This document shows, one piece after another, positions 29,245-49,300 of a stretch of 64,000 nucleotides of DNA. The DNA lies in NCBI RefSeq assembly GCF_009914755.1, contig NC_060932.1, one strand, 5' to 3'. The DNA comes from the human T2T-CHM13v2.0 reference genome, Homo sapiens. The position numbers were made by a program, and so were the translations under genes. The number at the start of each line of letters is the position of its first letter. Position 1 is the stretch's first letter. The notes beneath the pieces were generated by a model that was not told the origin of the DNA, did no database searches, and saw only the letters and a program-made list of their open reading frames with translations.

Positions 29245-29443
29245 AGTACTATCTTGGTATCAGAAGAACAGGAAACTGAGCCGTGGAGAGAGAAAATAAA
29301 CACCATCCATGTAACAGGTCAATAAAACAGACCTGGGGTTCAAACTGAAACTCTGACTCCATTTCACACTCCTTTTCTAGGATCCTCATATTACATTAAA
29401 AGAAAAAATCAGTAAAAAAAAGGGTCTTAATAATATTTATCTT

Positions 29444-33490
<4,047 letters not shown>

Positions 33491-33734
33491 ATATTTATCT
33501 TACTCATTAACAGAATTTGGATTTGAGCAGATTCATGGAGTTTACGTGAAATAGTATGTGGTGAATAGTGTCGCTGGTACTCACAAGCCTTCTTTCATGG
33601 AGAATTGGTTCTCCTTTTCCTGCCATCATTCCCTCCTCCTGTCCCAGCGGTCAGCACCTCCCTTGCTTGGTCTGTCTAACACTCTTTTTTCTAATTATGC
33701 CTCTTAGCTACTTTGACTCGAAGATAACAGCCAT

Positions 33735-34232
33735 ACTGTTCACAGTGAGGTCCACAGACCAGCAGCTTCATCATTGTCATGTGAGGATGTGTCAGAAATG
33801 CAGAACCTCAGGCTCCACCTCAGACCTACTATGGAATCAGAATCTTCGCCTTATTAAGATCCCCAGGGGACTGGGTGCAGTGGCTCATACCTGTAATCCC
33901 AGCACTTTGGGAAGCCAAGGCAAGTGGATCACTTCAGGTCAGGAGTTCGAGATGAGCCTGGCCAACATGGTGAAACCCCATCTCTACTAAAAATACAAAA
34001 ATTACCTGGGCGTGGTGGTGCACACCTGTAATCTCAGGTACTCAGGAGGCTGAGGCAGGAGAATTGCTTGAATCTAAGAAGCAGAGGTTGCAGTGAGCTG
34101 AGATCATGCCATCGCACTCCAGACTACAGCCTGGGTGACAGAGTGAGATCTTGTCTCAAAACAACAGCAACAACAAAAAGATGACCCCCAGGCAATTCGG
34201 CAATTCATATGCACATGCAAGTTTGAGAACAA
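33735..34232. mobile_element. MER5A interrupted by an Alu
   Basis: ggtccacagaccagcagc..agaaatgcagaacctcaggctccacctcagacctact..gaatcagaatct..aagatccccagg [Alu] ..attcatatgcacatgcaagtttgagaa. Confidence 0.8.
33868..34179 (+). mobile_element. Full-length AluS
   Basis: Both monomers, A-rich linker, (CAA)-rich tail; approximate TSD aagat..ccccagg. Confidence 0.96.
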
Positions 34233-34329
34233 CGGGAAATGACGAGAAAATAAAGAACTGAGAACAATCTCTTATACCACCCCACAAAGATTGTTTCTAT
34301 TTTTCTAACCTTGATGTCTTCTGTATTTC

Positions 34330-35630
34330 AGTTTGTAAGTTCCTTGATGGCAGGAACTCGATTCACATCATTCAATGGCATTTCCAATACTGCGTGACAT
34401 CTAGTAAATGAGAAATGACTATTTGTTGACTACATGCTGCCCAAATCACTATATCAGGTTCAGATTTCTCTAAGCCCCAGAATTATTACTTTGATTTGGG
34501 CATTTCCTGATTTTTTTATAGACACCACTAATTCATCATGTGCAAATTGATTTCTCACTTATATCTGCTTCATCTCTAGTTTTCCTTCTTTGTGAGGATG
34601 GTACCCCATTTTCACAGTCATGCAGTGACTACATTCTTACATTCCACATACATGCATACAGAATCCATCACATTCTTTATACCATCATGGCTGCCCCCTG
34701 TATTGTTTGATTATTTCTTGACTGATTTATCTTCATGGTGTTCTTTCTTGCTACCTTGTCTATTGTGTTACATCTCATGTATCTATTCTTTACACTGCCT
34801 CCAAGGTGGTTACCCCAAATCTAAACCTGATCAAGCCACCTTTTCTTCTCTTTTTTCTTTTTCTTTTTTTTTTTTTTTTCCTAAATAGCTTCTGGTGCCT
34901 TTCAGGATAAAATTTAATCTCTGTAGAGGATTTTCCAAGGTGCATCATTATCTGCTCCTTGTCTACTTCTCTACTCTCCTATGTTAGCTCTCTCCTGCCC
35001 AGGTGCTCTATCACTATAATCCCGCCTCATTCTATGACTTGCTATAATAAGTGCAGTTTGCTGTCTCTTGCATCCAGAACTGGCTAATCTTTTGCAATCC
35101 TTTCAATACTTGCTTAACTTGAAAACCTTCACTCTCCTTTCAGGACTTGGGGCAATGTCTTTGTTATTAAAAATCCTTAGATGTTTCTGGTCTAAGGTAG
35201 GTGCCTCTTCCATCTTTTGCCACTGATCTTGTGTACATCTCCTTCATAGAACTTACCACGTTGCATCACAACTTTGTTTACGTATTAGATCCAGAGACTT
35301 TATCTTATCTCTACATAACAAGAGACTGGTTCTTTAGAACAAATCCACAGACTTTTATCTCTATATCTCTATAACATATCTTGGTTTAGAAGTCATTATA
35401 GATCTCAATTACAAATATTTTGAATTGATGAATGTATAATTTGGAGGCAGGAATTTTCAAACAGGGGCTTAGAGGAAAGTTGAAGATTAGAAATACCTCT
35501 GGAGAGCAAGGATCATGCCTTGTTTACCAGTGAGCTCTCAGAGCTTATCACTGTCTTTGAAATACAATATGTACTCCATAAATATTTGTTGAAGAAGCAA
35601 AGGGATAGATGGAATAATGGATGAATAGAT
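34330..35630 (+). mobile_element. L2 LINE fragments
   Basis: tgtaagttccttgatggcagg, L2-type ends aaatattttgaattgatgaatg (~35430) and ataaatatttgttga (~35585). Confidence 0.6.
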
Positions 35631-36414
35631 GTGGTCAACAAAATATTGCTATAAAACTTTATTCTCTGCTTGATAAAGGCATTCTCACCACCTGCTTTGT
35701 TTCTCCAGCTTTTGTCTTCTACTCCCTCCAACTGGGTCTGGTGACAGACAGAACTGTAGGCCCAGGCCTGTGCTAGTTCCGAGCTAGGTATGACAGGGAC
35801 AGGAGTTATATCAGCACCCTCAGTCCTATCCTTCTGGGATTCAGTTTTGTCGATTACGAAGGCCTGGTGCATCAGCAATAAGTTCTGTGACTATGTGTCA
35901 GCAACTTATTAATAACAGCCTTGGGTGAGCAAGGCACGTTTGGCAGAGTTATTTCATCATCCCTCCTATCAGTTTCAATTTTCTCTGCTATATGCCAGTA
36001 CTTCCCACCCAGACTTGACTTCCTCCATAGACAGCTTGTGGGCATCATTTTGTGCCCCTCAAATGTCACACTCTGCTACCTGCCCTGTTCCTGATTATTA
36101 GGATTATCAACTACACGATAATTTCTGATGCTGAATCTGTATATCTCTGTTTTCACCTCCCTCCAACCCTACATTTCTTCAGGTAAGATACAGGAATGAT
36201 GGTGCTTTTTAAAGTTTTAATTCATTGATGCAAATCTGGTTGTCATTGGGGTAATCCTAATAAGCCATTTTATCCATCAGATAAACTATGCATGCTGAGT
36301 ACTTTATAAACATATTTTCCTAGATACATTTTTTACATAGATATTGCTGATATTCTCACACATAATTATTAATCCTTTCATATTGTTAAAATTTTGGAGG
36401 CTGTCTTATACATC

Positions 36415-37328
36415 ATCCTTAAAATGAAATAAATATCCATGAGTTCACACTGATGTAAATAATTAAATAAATAAATAACTAAATGAATAGGAGAGAAAGG
36501 AAAGCTCTGATTTTATAAAAAGGATAATTGCATTATATTAATGTGAAATCATTTTCCTTTAAAAGAGAACAAAGAGAGAAATGCTTTTTTTAACAGAAGA
36601 ATTGCAATTAATAAATGTAGAAGAAATGAGGGAAGTTGAAAATCACCAATAGGCAACCATTGCAATAATAACTGTAGGCAAGCTACACGGATGGATGCTA
36701 AAATTAATGTGGTGAAGTTTGGGGAGAAACACAGCATTTGCATAACTTCCAAGTATCTCCCTCAAGATCATTATTATTTACAAAAGGAAAAATAGTCACT
36801 TTATCATGGAGAAAGCTGGCAGACACTATCTTGCCAAATGATTAAGGTTAACATTATTCCTTGATGCACCCTTCACTGGGATGGACACATTATTTCTGTG
36901 GTATTACTGCCAAAAACTGCATAATGTCTTAAGGTAATTGTGAGATAACACCAGAAGGAAAAAGAAAACCATTGGATGTCAGTCTACAAAATACCTAAGT
37001 GATACTCTTCAAAAGTGTGTCAGATCATGAGAAACAACAAGACTGTGGCAGGCCAGACAAAGAAAGGCAAGAAGTTGTCAGAGATTGGAGAAGATTAATG
37101 AAGCACAACCTAGTGCAGAAAAAGAACATTAAGGGAAAAACTTGTAAAAAATGTAATAGTCTATAGTTTCATTAATAATATTATACCCATTCAATTTCTA
37201 AGTTTTGATAATCATACCATGATTATGCAAGATGCTATCATTAGGAGAAGCAAGATAAAAGAGAGTTGGTAATTCTCTGTATTATTTCTACAACTTTTCT
37301 GTAAGCCTATATTTATTTCAAAATAATG
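36415..37328 (+). mobile_element. L1MC3/4-like 3' end
   Basis: atccatgagttcacactgat..ataaatgtagaag..gaaaatcacc..ggatgctaaaatta..caacttttctgtaag..atttcaaaataa. Confidence 0.7.
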
Positions 37329-37339
37329 TCCTTAGGTTA

Positions 37340-37681
<342 letters not shown>

Positions 37682-38079
37682 GAACAGGGTCTGCCATGCT
37701 GTAAATGCTTAATAAAGTCTCTCATCTGCCCAGACTGCCTGGACAGGCCACACCAAGTGCCTGCATGAATTCCTAGGCTGCACACAACTGTACTTTGCCC
37801 ACATCTGACCCTTGTGTGACAAACCCCATTCCACCAACATGTAGTCCTCTCCAGATAAGTCCCGGAAAATTTGGGCTCTATTCCTCTGTCCCTAATCATG
37901 TAGGGGAATAAAACTAGAAATGCTTATTTCTTGCTTTGTCTGTCCAATGTCTACCTTAAGAGACTGCTTGGCTTGCTCTGAATGTCAGTAGAGAATTCTA
38001 GCAAGACTGCATGGAGATAGTCAAGAAGGACTCACACATGGGGGACCATATTTAGCTAATCTTCCAGAGCTCTTGGATG

Positions 38080-38800
38080 GCATCGCTGCCTCAATAGATA
38101 AGAAAAAATGTTTTCAAAGAGCATTTGACAAGGTTTCACATTGAAGATTTATATCTAAAGCAGACTAAGGGAATGGGAGGTAAAATAGCATATTGTAGCA
38201 GAAAACTAATTTAAGAGTAGTAGACAAAAAGCAGTCATAGATGGCAAGCTCATCTTCCAAGGGGGTGAGAAATCAAATGCTTTCCAGAGCTCTGGGAATA
38301 AGACCTACATATTTTGGGACGTGTGCAGAGAAGAAAAGATCATTGAATTTGCTGGTGTTGCTGAAATTGAAGTCTTAGCAAATAATAAGATGCAATATGA
38401 TCAGATTGAAAAGGATTTGAATTGCAGGTGATTAAGGCAGAGGATGCCAAATGCAGTTCAGGTATACAGATACAAAACAATAAGCACAGGATCAAGGAGC
38501 CAATTATGCAGAACATATACCCAGAAAAGTATTTGAAGGATATTGTGGGAAAATCTGCCAAACCATCAGCATAGAGCACAACTGCATTAGAAAAAGCAAC
38601 CTGGATTTACTTGGTTATCTCATCAAAGGGGAAGAAGATGAGAAGAGAGAGTGAAGCTATACCTTTGTAAGGCATTAACTTGATTCCTATTTTGAATATA
38701 GTGTCCACTGCCAGACTAAAAACAGAAAAAGGAGCCTCGGCTTGGGGATGGGGGATACAGTAAAGGGAAATGTTTAATTGGGAAACTATTTCCATTTTAG
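38080..38800 (+). mobile_element. Ancient CR1/L3-clade RT relic
   Basis: tttcaaagagcatttgacaaggtttcacat translates FQRAFDKVSH (CR1 RT AFDxVxH motif); downstream traces resemble CR1 RT. Confidence 0.6.
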
Positions 38801-39629
38801 TCTCAATGGGATATAGAAGATTTCACAGCAGAGGTTTTAAAAATTGGGTGTTCTCAGGAAAATTTTTGAAATGTGAAAAATGGTGAACAAATTATTCTTT
38901 AGATGCATGCATTGTTCTAACAATAGGCTCAAATATTCTTTGAAGGACTCAACTAAAAGTTTACTATCAATGTGTTGGTATGTGCATATAAAGGCAAAAT
39001 TCAGCCCCAGGGTTAATACAGGGGAACCAGAGCAGAACTATTTAATGCTACATACAAGAAAAAAAACCGCCAGGAAAAGTTGGAGAAGTAGAAGTGCAAA
39101 TGAATTGAAGAGACACTTAAACTTATTTTTGGTGAAGAAGGTGATTAAAAATCATTGTTAAAAAAAATCACAGGGAAGAGCAAGTGAGAACCAATTTTAA
39201 ATGACAAGTTTTGACAAGCAAAGTTTTCCTAATTATAAAACCTTCACATATAAGCTAGAACGCAGTTATGTAAACAAGCCTTGAAGTTTTCAATTTATTT
39301 ATATTTGTATGCATTGCTGATCTTATTCTGCCACAGGAAATGTGGGTCCATTTTAATATAAGTGCAGTGTATACCAATTTCACGTGGCTCAAGCTAACAT
39401 TCTACTTAACATGGTCTACTGGATTCAGTGGGTATGAGGCAAACATGGAGTTCTGGCTGCAGCCATTGGCACACAGAGTAAAGTTAAAGCAGAGGTGATT
39501 TCATTGGTCATTTAGGATTTAAAAATAATTTTTATCTAAAATGTGCAGAAAAGTACAGCAAAATATTGAGCCTTGTTTACTCTTTGATACTGTTATGTGG
39601 TTGTCTCCATTCACCACTTTGCTTTGCAT

Positions 39630-39800
39630 GATAAAGAATCACAAAAATTTCTTCCTAGAAGAGACCTTAAGGATCACCTAGTACAATCCTCTTAAATTAC
39701 AGATAAGGCAAATGAGAAACAGAGGGCTTAAGAAATTTACCAAAACTTTAAATGGTATTTAGAAGGAAGCCCAAAACTAGATTCTTTATTTCTAATTTAG
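39630..39800 (-). mobile_element. MIR/MIR3 SINE
   Basis: agaatcac..ctagaagagaccttaaggatcacctagtacaa..ttacagataaggcaaatgag. Confidence 0.6.
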
Positions 39801-42800
39801 CATTTTAACATTCAAAGTTGTGGTATCCTAAATTTATAAAACCAGTTCACCAGTATTATGCTCTTATTCCTGCAATTATATTTTATTTATACCTCTTTTT
39901 AAATATTTTCATTTTTAAATTTATGTTTTCATTTTTCAGAGATGGAAATCTAGAATTTCTTGCAGCTTGGCAGCATAGGAGCCAATGGGGTAGCAATGTG
40001 AAAGTCAAGAAGTACACCTCATCTCCAGGACAGCAAGAGTGATCCCTGCCTGACAATGATGCTGGGAGAAGATGTGCCGGTGCTCAAGAAGGCACCGTCC
40101 CTCATGCACAGCCACATGCCACAGGTCACACAACATTGGCAGGAGTCCAGACCACTTTTTGTCTAGTAGTAGCTTTACTGGGACCTACTATAACTTGGGC
40201 AAGTTAAGTCTTCTTCCTGGATTTTGTTTCTCTTTAAACGAGAGAATAAGAGTAGATGGGCTACAAAGTTCCCAAAGAACTTAGCTAAGATTCTGGCATA
40301 TAGTTACAGTATGGATTAAGTAGAAGGTGATGAGGCAGAGAGTGAACATGACATTGGTGTGTGGCCAGATTTACACTTGGACCTTCTTTAGCGGGGGCAC
40401 CCGTTGAAAATCAGCCTGCAAATCCTCAATAAATCCAGCACTGCCAGTTTTTTTCATTCTGAAACAGACTGCATTTGGTGAGGCAGGAGGGTGAGCATTA
40501 TATAAAAGAGATATTTTGCATTTTAGGAGCAATGATATATACAAAATAAGTACTATAGCATTAAAATACAATCACACTCATTGTTGAAAGATGTTTACAT
40601 TATGAGAAAAAAATCCATGCTCCTGACATCAACTGAAGGGGCATCTCTCACAAGACCTGGGGAGTGGAAGTATGGAATCTAATGTTACTACAGCAAGTGA
40701 ATCCACCTTGCATAGAGTGAAATATTTGTAAAACTCCTAATTAGAACAGATTTTTAAAAAATTATTTCTCAAGTGTTTCTTCCTTTGACCTAATGTGTTT
40801 ACCCTATTGCTTACCTATTAACTGTCAATTTCCTGCCAAAAAGTCTCTATCGTTAGAGATAAAGTATTAATATCAATATATCATATGTGAATTTACATCA
40901 TTACTCTCCCAACAGAAGGACTCTGTACCTGTAGAAATCTTCCTACATATTATTCAAGTGTTATATATGCCAGGAGAACTTAGCACTTACTAATGAATAT
41001 CTGTTCCATTATTCAGATAACACTGGGTTACACAGTTAAAGCAGGATAAGAGGAACGGAATTTTGCAAATGGCATTTCACTGTTTTGTACTGGAGTATGA
41101 GCAGCCACAGCCTATGCTTAACTTAGAACTTCACACTGTATTGTAAGGTAGTCTTTGGAGTTGAGACTGCCTGCAGTATCTGTTTTCTGAGTGTGCTTTG
41201 AGAGCATGATAATATAATATTGAATTATTTTGTACCAGAAATTTATAGACATTTTAGGATATGTCTACCACCAGGCATGGTGACAGTGGGATCCATAATT
41301 TTTCTATAACATTTTGGAAGGCAGATAAAGGATTTTTATAAAATGTTTGATTTTTTGTGCTTTGCAAACACGGTAAGCAAAAATTAAATAAATAATGTAG
41401 TAGGGACCCAAAGAAACAGCTTTAATTGCACACATCCCCACCTCATTTCAGGAGTTCTTGGAAGACAGATCTTTCAGGACTAGCTTCTATTAATGACAGT
41501 ATAATTGCTGGTATGTAGTGTCCTTTACTTTCTTGCTATTTTTTTCTTGTAATTTATTTGTAAGAGGTGATGTTTTGATGTTTCCTGAGGGATTGTTCCT
41601 CATTTATGTGTGGCTTGATTTGTATTGCAAAACTTATGCTAGAAAAATACTTTTGGTGGATTTAATCAAATAGTATTTAACAACAAGAAAGATCAAAAGT
41701 ATTTTGGATGTATGCTTGTAAAGAAATCTTTCTTGTATTTAAATATGGTATTTAATATTTTGGATATTTTTCTGTACCCAAAGAATGGATTCATGGATAC
41801 TTTATGAAAAATTAGATACTTATAAAATGCTTAAATTTATAAAATTTAATTTTAATTAAATGTAATGAATATACATCCCTAATATTTGAATAATTGTACA
41901 TAGATGTTTCCTTACTGTATTTTCCCTTGGAACATCAATGGGAAAGAACGAATTTCACAATATTCAATAATATTCAGCTATTTAATACAAACCAGAACCC
42001 TTTTGCCACTATTAAACTTTAGAAAAATACAAACATCTATGAAATTATTTTTATTATATTAAAGATAATGCAGTCTATAATTTTTATTGCTTTACACACT
42101 GATGTAATGATTTCCATGACTATCAGTTGTGGGATCCCATTCAGAATCAGCTTATCAAATCAATGCTAAAATTAACCAGAATGTGGGCTTTAAATGAAGA
42201 GTATAAATTGAAACTCAGAATTTGTTTTAAAATATGCATTTGGGAATAAAATAGGCACCTAATGATTAATAATATTCAAATTGATAAGAAAGAAAAGCAA
42301 CAATAAAACTTCCTACCAGAAACTTTTTACTTATCTAGGCACCCTCACCCATTTCACTCAATATTATTTTTACTAGAAACGACCCTACCAAATATAACCC
42401 ACAAAAAAATAATAGTTTTGCTTCACTTGCTTCGCCTACAGTGCCAGGGGGATAGATTTAATGATCTTATAGGTCTTTTCAATCTATCTAATATTTGTGA
42501 AATGGCAACTGTCAATGTTGAACAAGAAATTGCTGAAATAGCACAACTTTTTGAAATGGATAATATCTCATAGGACAAGAGCCCAGAAATGGAAAGAACA
42601 ACCATAAACCTCACTGAAATTCATCTCAACAGAATGCCAACTTTACTCTTCGCATAATAAAAACAACCAACTTTAAAAATGCTATCTGTCAATGACTCAA
42701 AAATCAGCCATTTTGAAAATCTCAGCACCGGCTATTGCATATGCCAAAGAGTAAGGTGGCTCCTAGTGTATTTCTTTTCCATTTTGACTTTTGCTACTGC

Positions 42801-43214
42801 CTGACCAGTTGGTTACTAGTTATGTCAGCTTAAGAAGTAGGATCAACTAAGCATGTTAGATTTGATTAAGTTTAGTGTTGGGTATCACTTAGACTCTACC
42901 TATTTGTTGTTTAATGAAATTATAAATTTTTGATAACATTAAATAGGTCTCTATAGAGAGAATAAATATCAACTAAAGTTCTTTCACATCTTTCTGGTTC
43001 ACTATACAATTAAAGCTCTTGCTTTTTTATTTTCCAACATAAAGTCTGGATTTCTAAATATTATCAAAATTTGACAATTGATTTTTTAAAATGCTGAGAC
43101 TGGAGTATAAAGGAAGAGATCCTTGAGAGAAAGAATGCATAGAGAAAGGAGTACAAGATACTTTTACTCTCCCCCTAGGCATTTGACAGTATTTTGTTCC
43201 CAATTCTTCAGGGT

Positions 43215-43592
43215 TTTTTTTCCTTTTATTGATACATAATAATTTACATGTTTGTGGGGTATATTTGAGTGTTACATGCAAAGGATATGTAATGATCAAG
43301 TCAGGGTCATTGGGGTATTCATCACTTTGAATGTTTATTATTTTTATGTGTTGGTATCATTTCAAGTCCTCTCTCCTAGTTACTCTGAAATGTACACACT
43401 ATTGTTGCTAAGCACAGTCACCCTAGCCTGCTGTCAAACATTAGTACTTATTTCTTCTATCTAACTGTATGTTTGTATCCATAACCAACTGCTCCTCTGC
43501 CCTCCTGTCATCTCCATCCACCCCTCCCAATCTCTGGTATCTATCATTTTATTCTCCATATCCATAAGATAAAGGTTTTAGCTCCCACATGT
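43215..43592 (-). mobile_element. L1MA (MA2-4-like) 3' end
   Basis: tgtaatgatcaagtcagggt..gtcaccct..cttctatctaactgtatgtttgta..ttttagctcccacat. Confidence 0.85.
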
Positions 43593-44696
43593 GCAGTTGA
43601 CAAATTTTATGTTGCATAAGGTGATAGGCAACGAAATCAAGCAAAAGTCAGTGAAGGAGCTGAGTTTGTTCCAATCTTCCAGTGCTGAGGATATGTTAAC
43701 TAGAGTTCAGGACTTATCAAAGAAGAATCCTAGAAATCAGGTCAGGCCTGAAAACAGGGTAGAATCAGAGGTGGAAGAGATCTATAAAAAATTGTGATTC
43801 AGTTGGTTCATTTCTTGATTAGATTAAGATGATCTTCTCCGACTCAGGCAGTCTACCAGAATATAAGGTAAATGTATCGCCCAGAGCCACCTCAATTTTT
43901 TTGTATGATATCTGTCATTCAGAAAAAAATTACAGATATGTCAGAGTTAAGAGAAAAAAAAGCCTATCCAAAATTCCCAGGAGTTATTTTACATACACTT
44001 TACCATAACAGATTATCATGTTAAAAACAATAAATGAAAAAATGAAATATTCCAGTGGAGAACTGAAATCCATAAAAGAATCAAATGAAAATTAGAGAAT
44101 CACAAAATAGCATAATAAAGATTAAAAACTAGTAGATGGGTTTGATCACAGACTGGACATAGCAGAAGAATGGTTTTGTATATTTGAAAATGTGATAGTA
44201 GAAAATATTCAGGCTTAAACAAAGATGAAAAAGGATGGAAAATTTATAAAAAGCATGAGACATATTGGTACTGTGAAATAATCTAACATATGTGCAACTA
44301 AAGTCTCAGGAGGGCAGGAAAGAGAAAATGTGAAGAAATGATATTTAAAAGATAATGACAAAAATTAGTTCTAAAACTGACAAAAGATATTAACTCAAAA
44401 ATTCAAGAGAAAACATGAACACCAAATAGGATAAACATGAACAAACCACCTCTGGATACATTATCATATAATTTCTGAAAAAGAAAGATAAAGCAAAACG
44501 TTAAATGAAGTCACAGGAGAATAAAATGTATTATCTTCAAAGCAGCAACAAGAAATACAGCTAATTTCTCATAAAAGTGGTGGAAGCCAGTTCACAATAG
44601 AATGACAATTTTAAAGAGTTCAAAAACAGGTGACAATATAAAATATCATACCTTGAAAATGATCTTTCAACAGTTCCAGTTAAATATAGACATATA

Positions 44697-45048
<352 letters not shown>

Positions 45049-46729
45049 TCATTGCCAGAAGACCTGAATTTAAATAAATAAATAAATAAATAGGGGTTCA
45101 GGAAGATGAAAAGTTACTCTAGACAAAAACACGAAACTACAGGAATTAATAAGGAAAAAGAAAAAATTATGGATAAAAATAAGTAAATATTGACTGAACA
45201 AAAACACAATAGTGTTTTTATGAGACTTAAAATACATATAGACTTAAAATCATGATGCCAATAACATGAAATGTGGGGATAGAAGGGAAGTAAATATGCA
45301 TATGAGTCATTTATGAAAACTGACAGTATGCTAGGCATAAAACCAATCCCCAAATCTTTCAAAGAATAAAAAGCCATTCAGAATATTTCTGATCATAGTA
45401 GAATTAATCTTGAAAGTGATAGCAAAAAGTTAATCTAAAAATCCCCAAATGTTGAGGATTAGGAAAATTAGAAATAGCAATTGGCTAAAGTGTCAAAGAA
45501 GCATTCTCAGTAGATAATAGAAAATATTTTTAAGTATAATAATAAAAATAGACATCAAAATTCATACGATGTAGCTAAACTGGTAGAAGGAAAACTGTAG
45601 CTTTAAATGCATTATACCTGAAGAGCTGAAAGACTTGAAATTTGATAATCTACATACTGTCTCAAAAAGTCAGAAAAGTACAGCAAAAGAAACCCAAAGA
45701 AAATAAAAGAAAGAAAATAAAGACAATCCATAAATTAATACAGTAGAAAACAAAGAAATGGAGAAAATGAACCACACAACAAATCAGTTACTTTAAGAAA
45801 CAGTGAAATTGATAAATATCTGGCAAGCCTTACCAAGAAAAAGATAAAATACAGATTCGCAATCACAGAAATGAAAAGAGATGTCACCACAGATTCTTCA
45901 GAACATGAGAAAATGTTATGAACAACTTTGTGCCAAATTTGGAAATTTAAATAAAAGATAAATTTCCTAGGAAAACAAAGTTTACCAAAATTGACACAAG
46001 AAGTAATAAAACAAACTAAAAATACTTTATCTAATTAAATTCCTCACTAAAAACATGTACAAAAATAAAATTCCAGGCCTACATGCTTTAACAGTGAATT
46101 CTTTCAAACAGTTAAGGAAGAAATAAACCATTACACAAATTCTTTCAGTGCATAAAAATAAAGGGACCATTTCCCAAATTAAATTATGAGGTCAATGTAA
46201 TCATAATACCATAACCTGAAAGGGATATTAAAAGAAATGAAAATTACCTTTCAATTTCACTGATGAACATAGACATAAAAGTCCTAAATAGCATATTAGC
46301 AAGTGGAAGCTAACAACACATAAACAGAGTACTATATCATACCCTAGTTGAACTGATCTCAGGAATACAAGGTTGATTCAAGTTTGAAAAATCAATCAAT
46401 GTAATTCACCACACTAACAAATTACTACAAAAAATTATGTAAGAATTTCATTAAAAGTAGCCAAATAACTTGATAAAATTCAACATTCAATAATTTTGAC
46501 AAATCAACTACAAAAAAAGAAATGTCTTATTCTGATACATGATATCCACAAAATCAAACAAGCAAAAAACCTCTAGCACACACCATGCTTATGGCCAAAA
46601 AGTTGAATGCTCCATCCCTGATACTGAGAGTCAGACAAGGATATTCACTACATCTCTGCTACTTAAAATAAGGTTTGTAGATTGACAAAATGCCATAACC
46701 TGGAAGCTTGTTAGAAATACAGAATTTTT

Positions 46730-47070
<341 letters not shown>

Positions 47071-48354
47071 AAAGAAATGAAGAATTTCAGGTCCCACTAT
47101 AGACTTATTTAATCAGAATTTGGATTTTAAGAAAACTTCGAAGTGTTTTACATTGCCATATGAGAAAAACTTCCTTACACCACTTCTATTTATTATCATA
47201 CAAAAAGTCTTAATAATTGTGATAAGACAAGATCGAAAAATAGCATGTACAAAGGCTGGAAAGAAGCAAATAAGATATCATGACTCAGGGCAAACTGATA
47301 ATGTATTTAAAAAATCTGAAGACACTACAGATAAGTTATTAAAATTAGTAAGTGAATTTAGCAAAGCTGCTAGATGCAAGTTTAACATATAAAAATCAAA
47401 AGTATTTCTATATACTAGCAATAAGCAATAAAAATGTTAAATTTAAACATGATTTTTAGGAAAAAAACTAAGAAAAATATTCTCTCCACTGAAAGCTACA
47501 AAACATTATTGAAGGAAATTATAAAAACTTAAATGCGAAGATATACCATGCCTGCGAAGTTGTTAAAGAGGCTTCCAAATCCCTTCCACTTTGCCCTCTT
47601 CTTCATGGTTGATGCCAGATGTGGTAGGCATCTTCCTCTTTCAACTTCCAGAAAAAATGAGCGAAGTTTAGCAAAAGCTGTTTTCTTCTAAACAAATGAA
47701 GCTAATAAATTAATTCCAGGTCCAAACCTAGCTGCAAGAATGGTGGAAAGTATTGTCTTTATCTGGGTTGCCATAAATAAGTTTTAATTCTAACCATGAA
47801 CAAATAGGAAAAGGGAGAAAAGATCTTGGTAGGCAACTAGCAGACTCTATTACAGGCATGTAAATAATATAGTCAGCAGAACTTAAATTACTACAGACTA
47901 AGATGAGAAATGAATAGAGCTCACATTGTGGAGATAACAGCCTTGCACTAGGCCTATTATTAGCAGAGCTTATGTCTCCCTTTCTCATTCTTCTTCAGTG
48001 CAAAAAACTTTACACAATTTAGTGTTAAGTTTTTCTAATAGGCTTTCTACCTCTTTCCCCAACAACAGTATCTATCATGAATTAAATGATATATGAATGA
48101 ATTTTGAGATACAGTAGAATTTACTTAATAAAGTGCTAAAGCAAATGCCTTTGGGACATAAAATCTTTTATATGACTAACCATTCTAATATAGCTTTTCA
48201 AAATGTCAAATTTTTCCGTATTGGTTTTGCTTGTAAACTGTAAGTTATTTTGAAATGGGGTGCCTTTAACTATATCTACCACTGGGGTCAATAGGGTGCT
48301 ATTAATAAGTTAGCATGGAGAGAAGTTCATTGATCAGAGATTAATGAATGGGTC

Positions 48355-49300
48355 TGTCTACCAGTCAGGATTAAATTTTACTGATAGTAACAGTGACCTC
48401 AAATAATTGTATCTTTAACAAGATAGAAATTTACTTATTTTCACGCAAAGGAAGACTTCACCATATTTCAAGGGTTAATTCTATTCTTAAAATCAAATCA
48501 CATTGGGAAGAAAGCCTCTCAAACTCCAGCTATCATATTGTCATTAGAGACAGAGGGAAAGAGAAGGGATAAATGGCCAAAGTATCCCTTGTATCCCAGC
48601 TGCCTCAACACTCCCAGTGAAAGTTTCCTTGAAGTCATGATTTCTCCTTGCACAATGATAGGGTTCAGGACAAGCCACCCCATAATGTGACATTTGAGAA
48701 AACAGCAGAAGCAAGAAGCTCACTCTCATCTTTCCTCTAGCCTTTTCCCCTGAAGCATGTAATAAAACCTAGGAAAGATTTTCCGACCTTTCCCTGAAGC
48801 AGGTCAAAAGACCCTCATTCCAGAAGTGACTTCCTGATAGGCAGAGTAAAGGAACATCCTCATCCCGGAAGACACAGGGTCCCAGGGAAGAACCTGAATA
48901 AATGGGCCTTGCTGAGTTCTCCCCAGTTTATTACCATTAGATCATACTTTCTAAAATCTACAACTTTTCCACAACTATTCACTTCTTCATCAAACCTAGC
49001 ACAAACATACACAAATTTTCCCATTTCTTAGGTCTTCATTGCCTTATTAAGGCTTCCATGTCATGTCAAACTTATACTAAGTACATTTGTGTGCCTTTCT
49101 CTTATTACTCTGTCTTTTGTTATAGGGGCCTCAGCCATGAATATAGAAAGGATAGAGGAAAAAGTATTTCTCCTCCCCTACAGCCACACTGGCTAATATA
49201 CTTACAAGGCAGACAAGAAAAATGTAATTGTACTTTTGGCTGAGTGTGTCCTTGCCCTAGTGTGTAAGGAGTCTGTCACTAAGAATAAAAGGAGAACGAG
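48355..49300 (-). mobile_element. MLT1J/K-like MaLR LTR, interrupted by an ERV1-type LTR
   Basis: gtaacag..cctcaaataa..ttaacaagatagaaatttactt; resumes after 49182 with gccacact..gaaaaatgta..tttggctg. Confidence 0.55.
48656..49182 (+). mobile_element. MER39/MER34-like ERV1 solo LTR
   Basis: tgatagggttcaggaca..cacccc..gagaaaacagcagaagcaagaag..cctgaagcagg..ctcagccatga..ctcccctaca; TG..CA ends. Confidence 0.8.
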
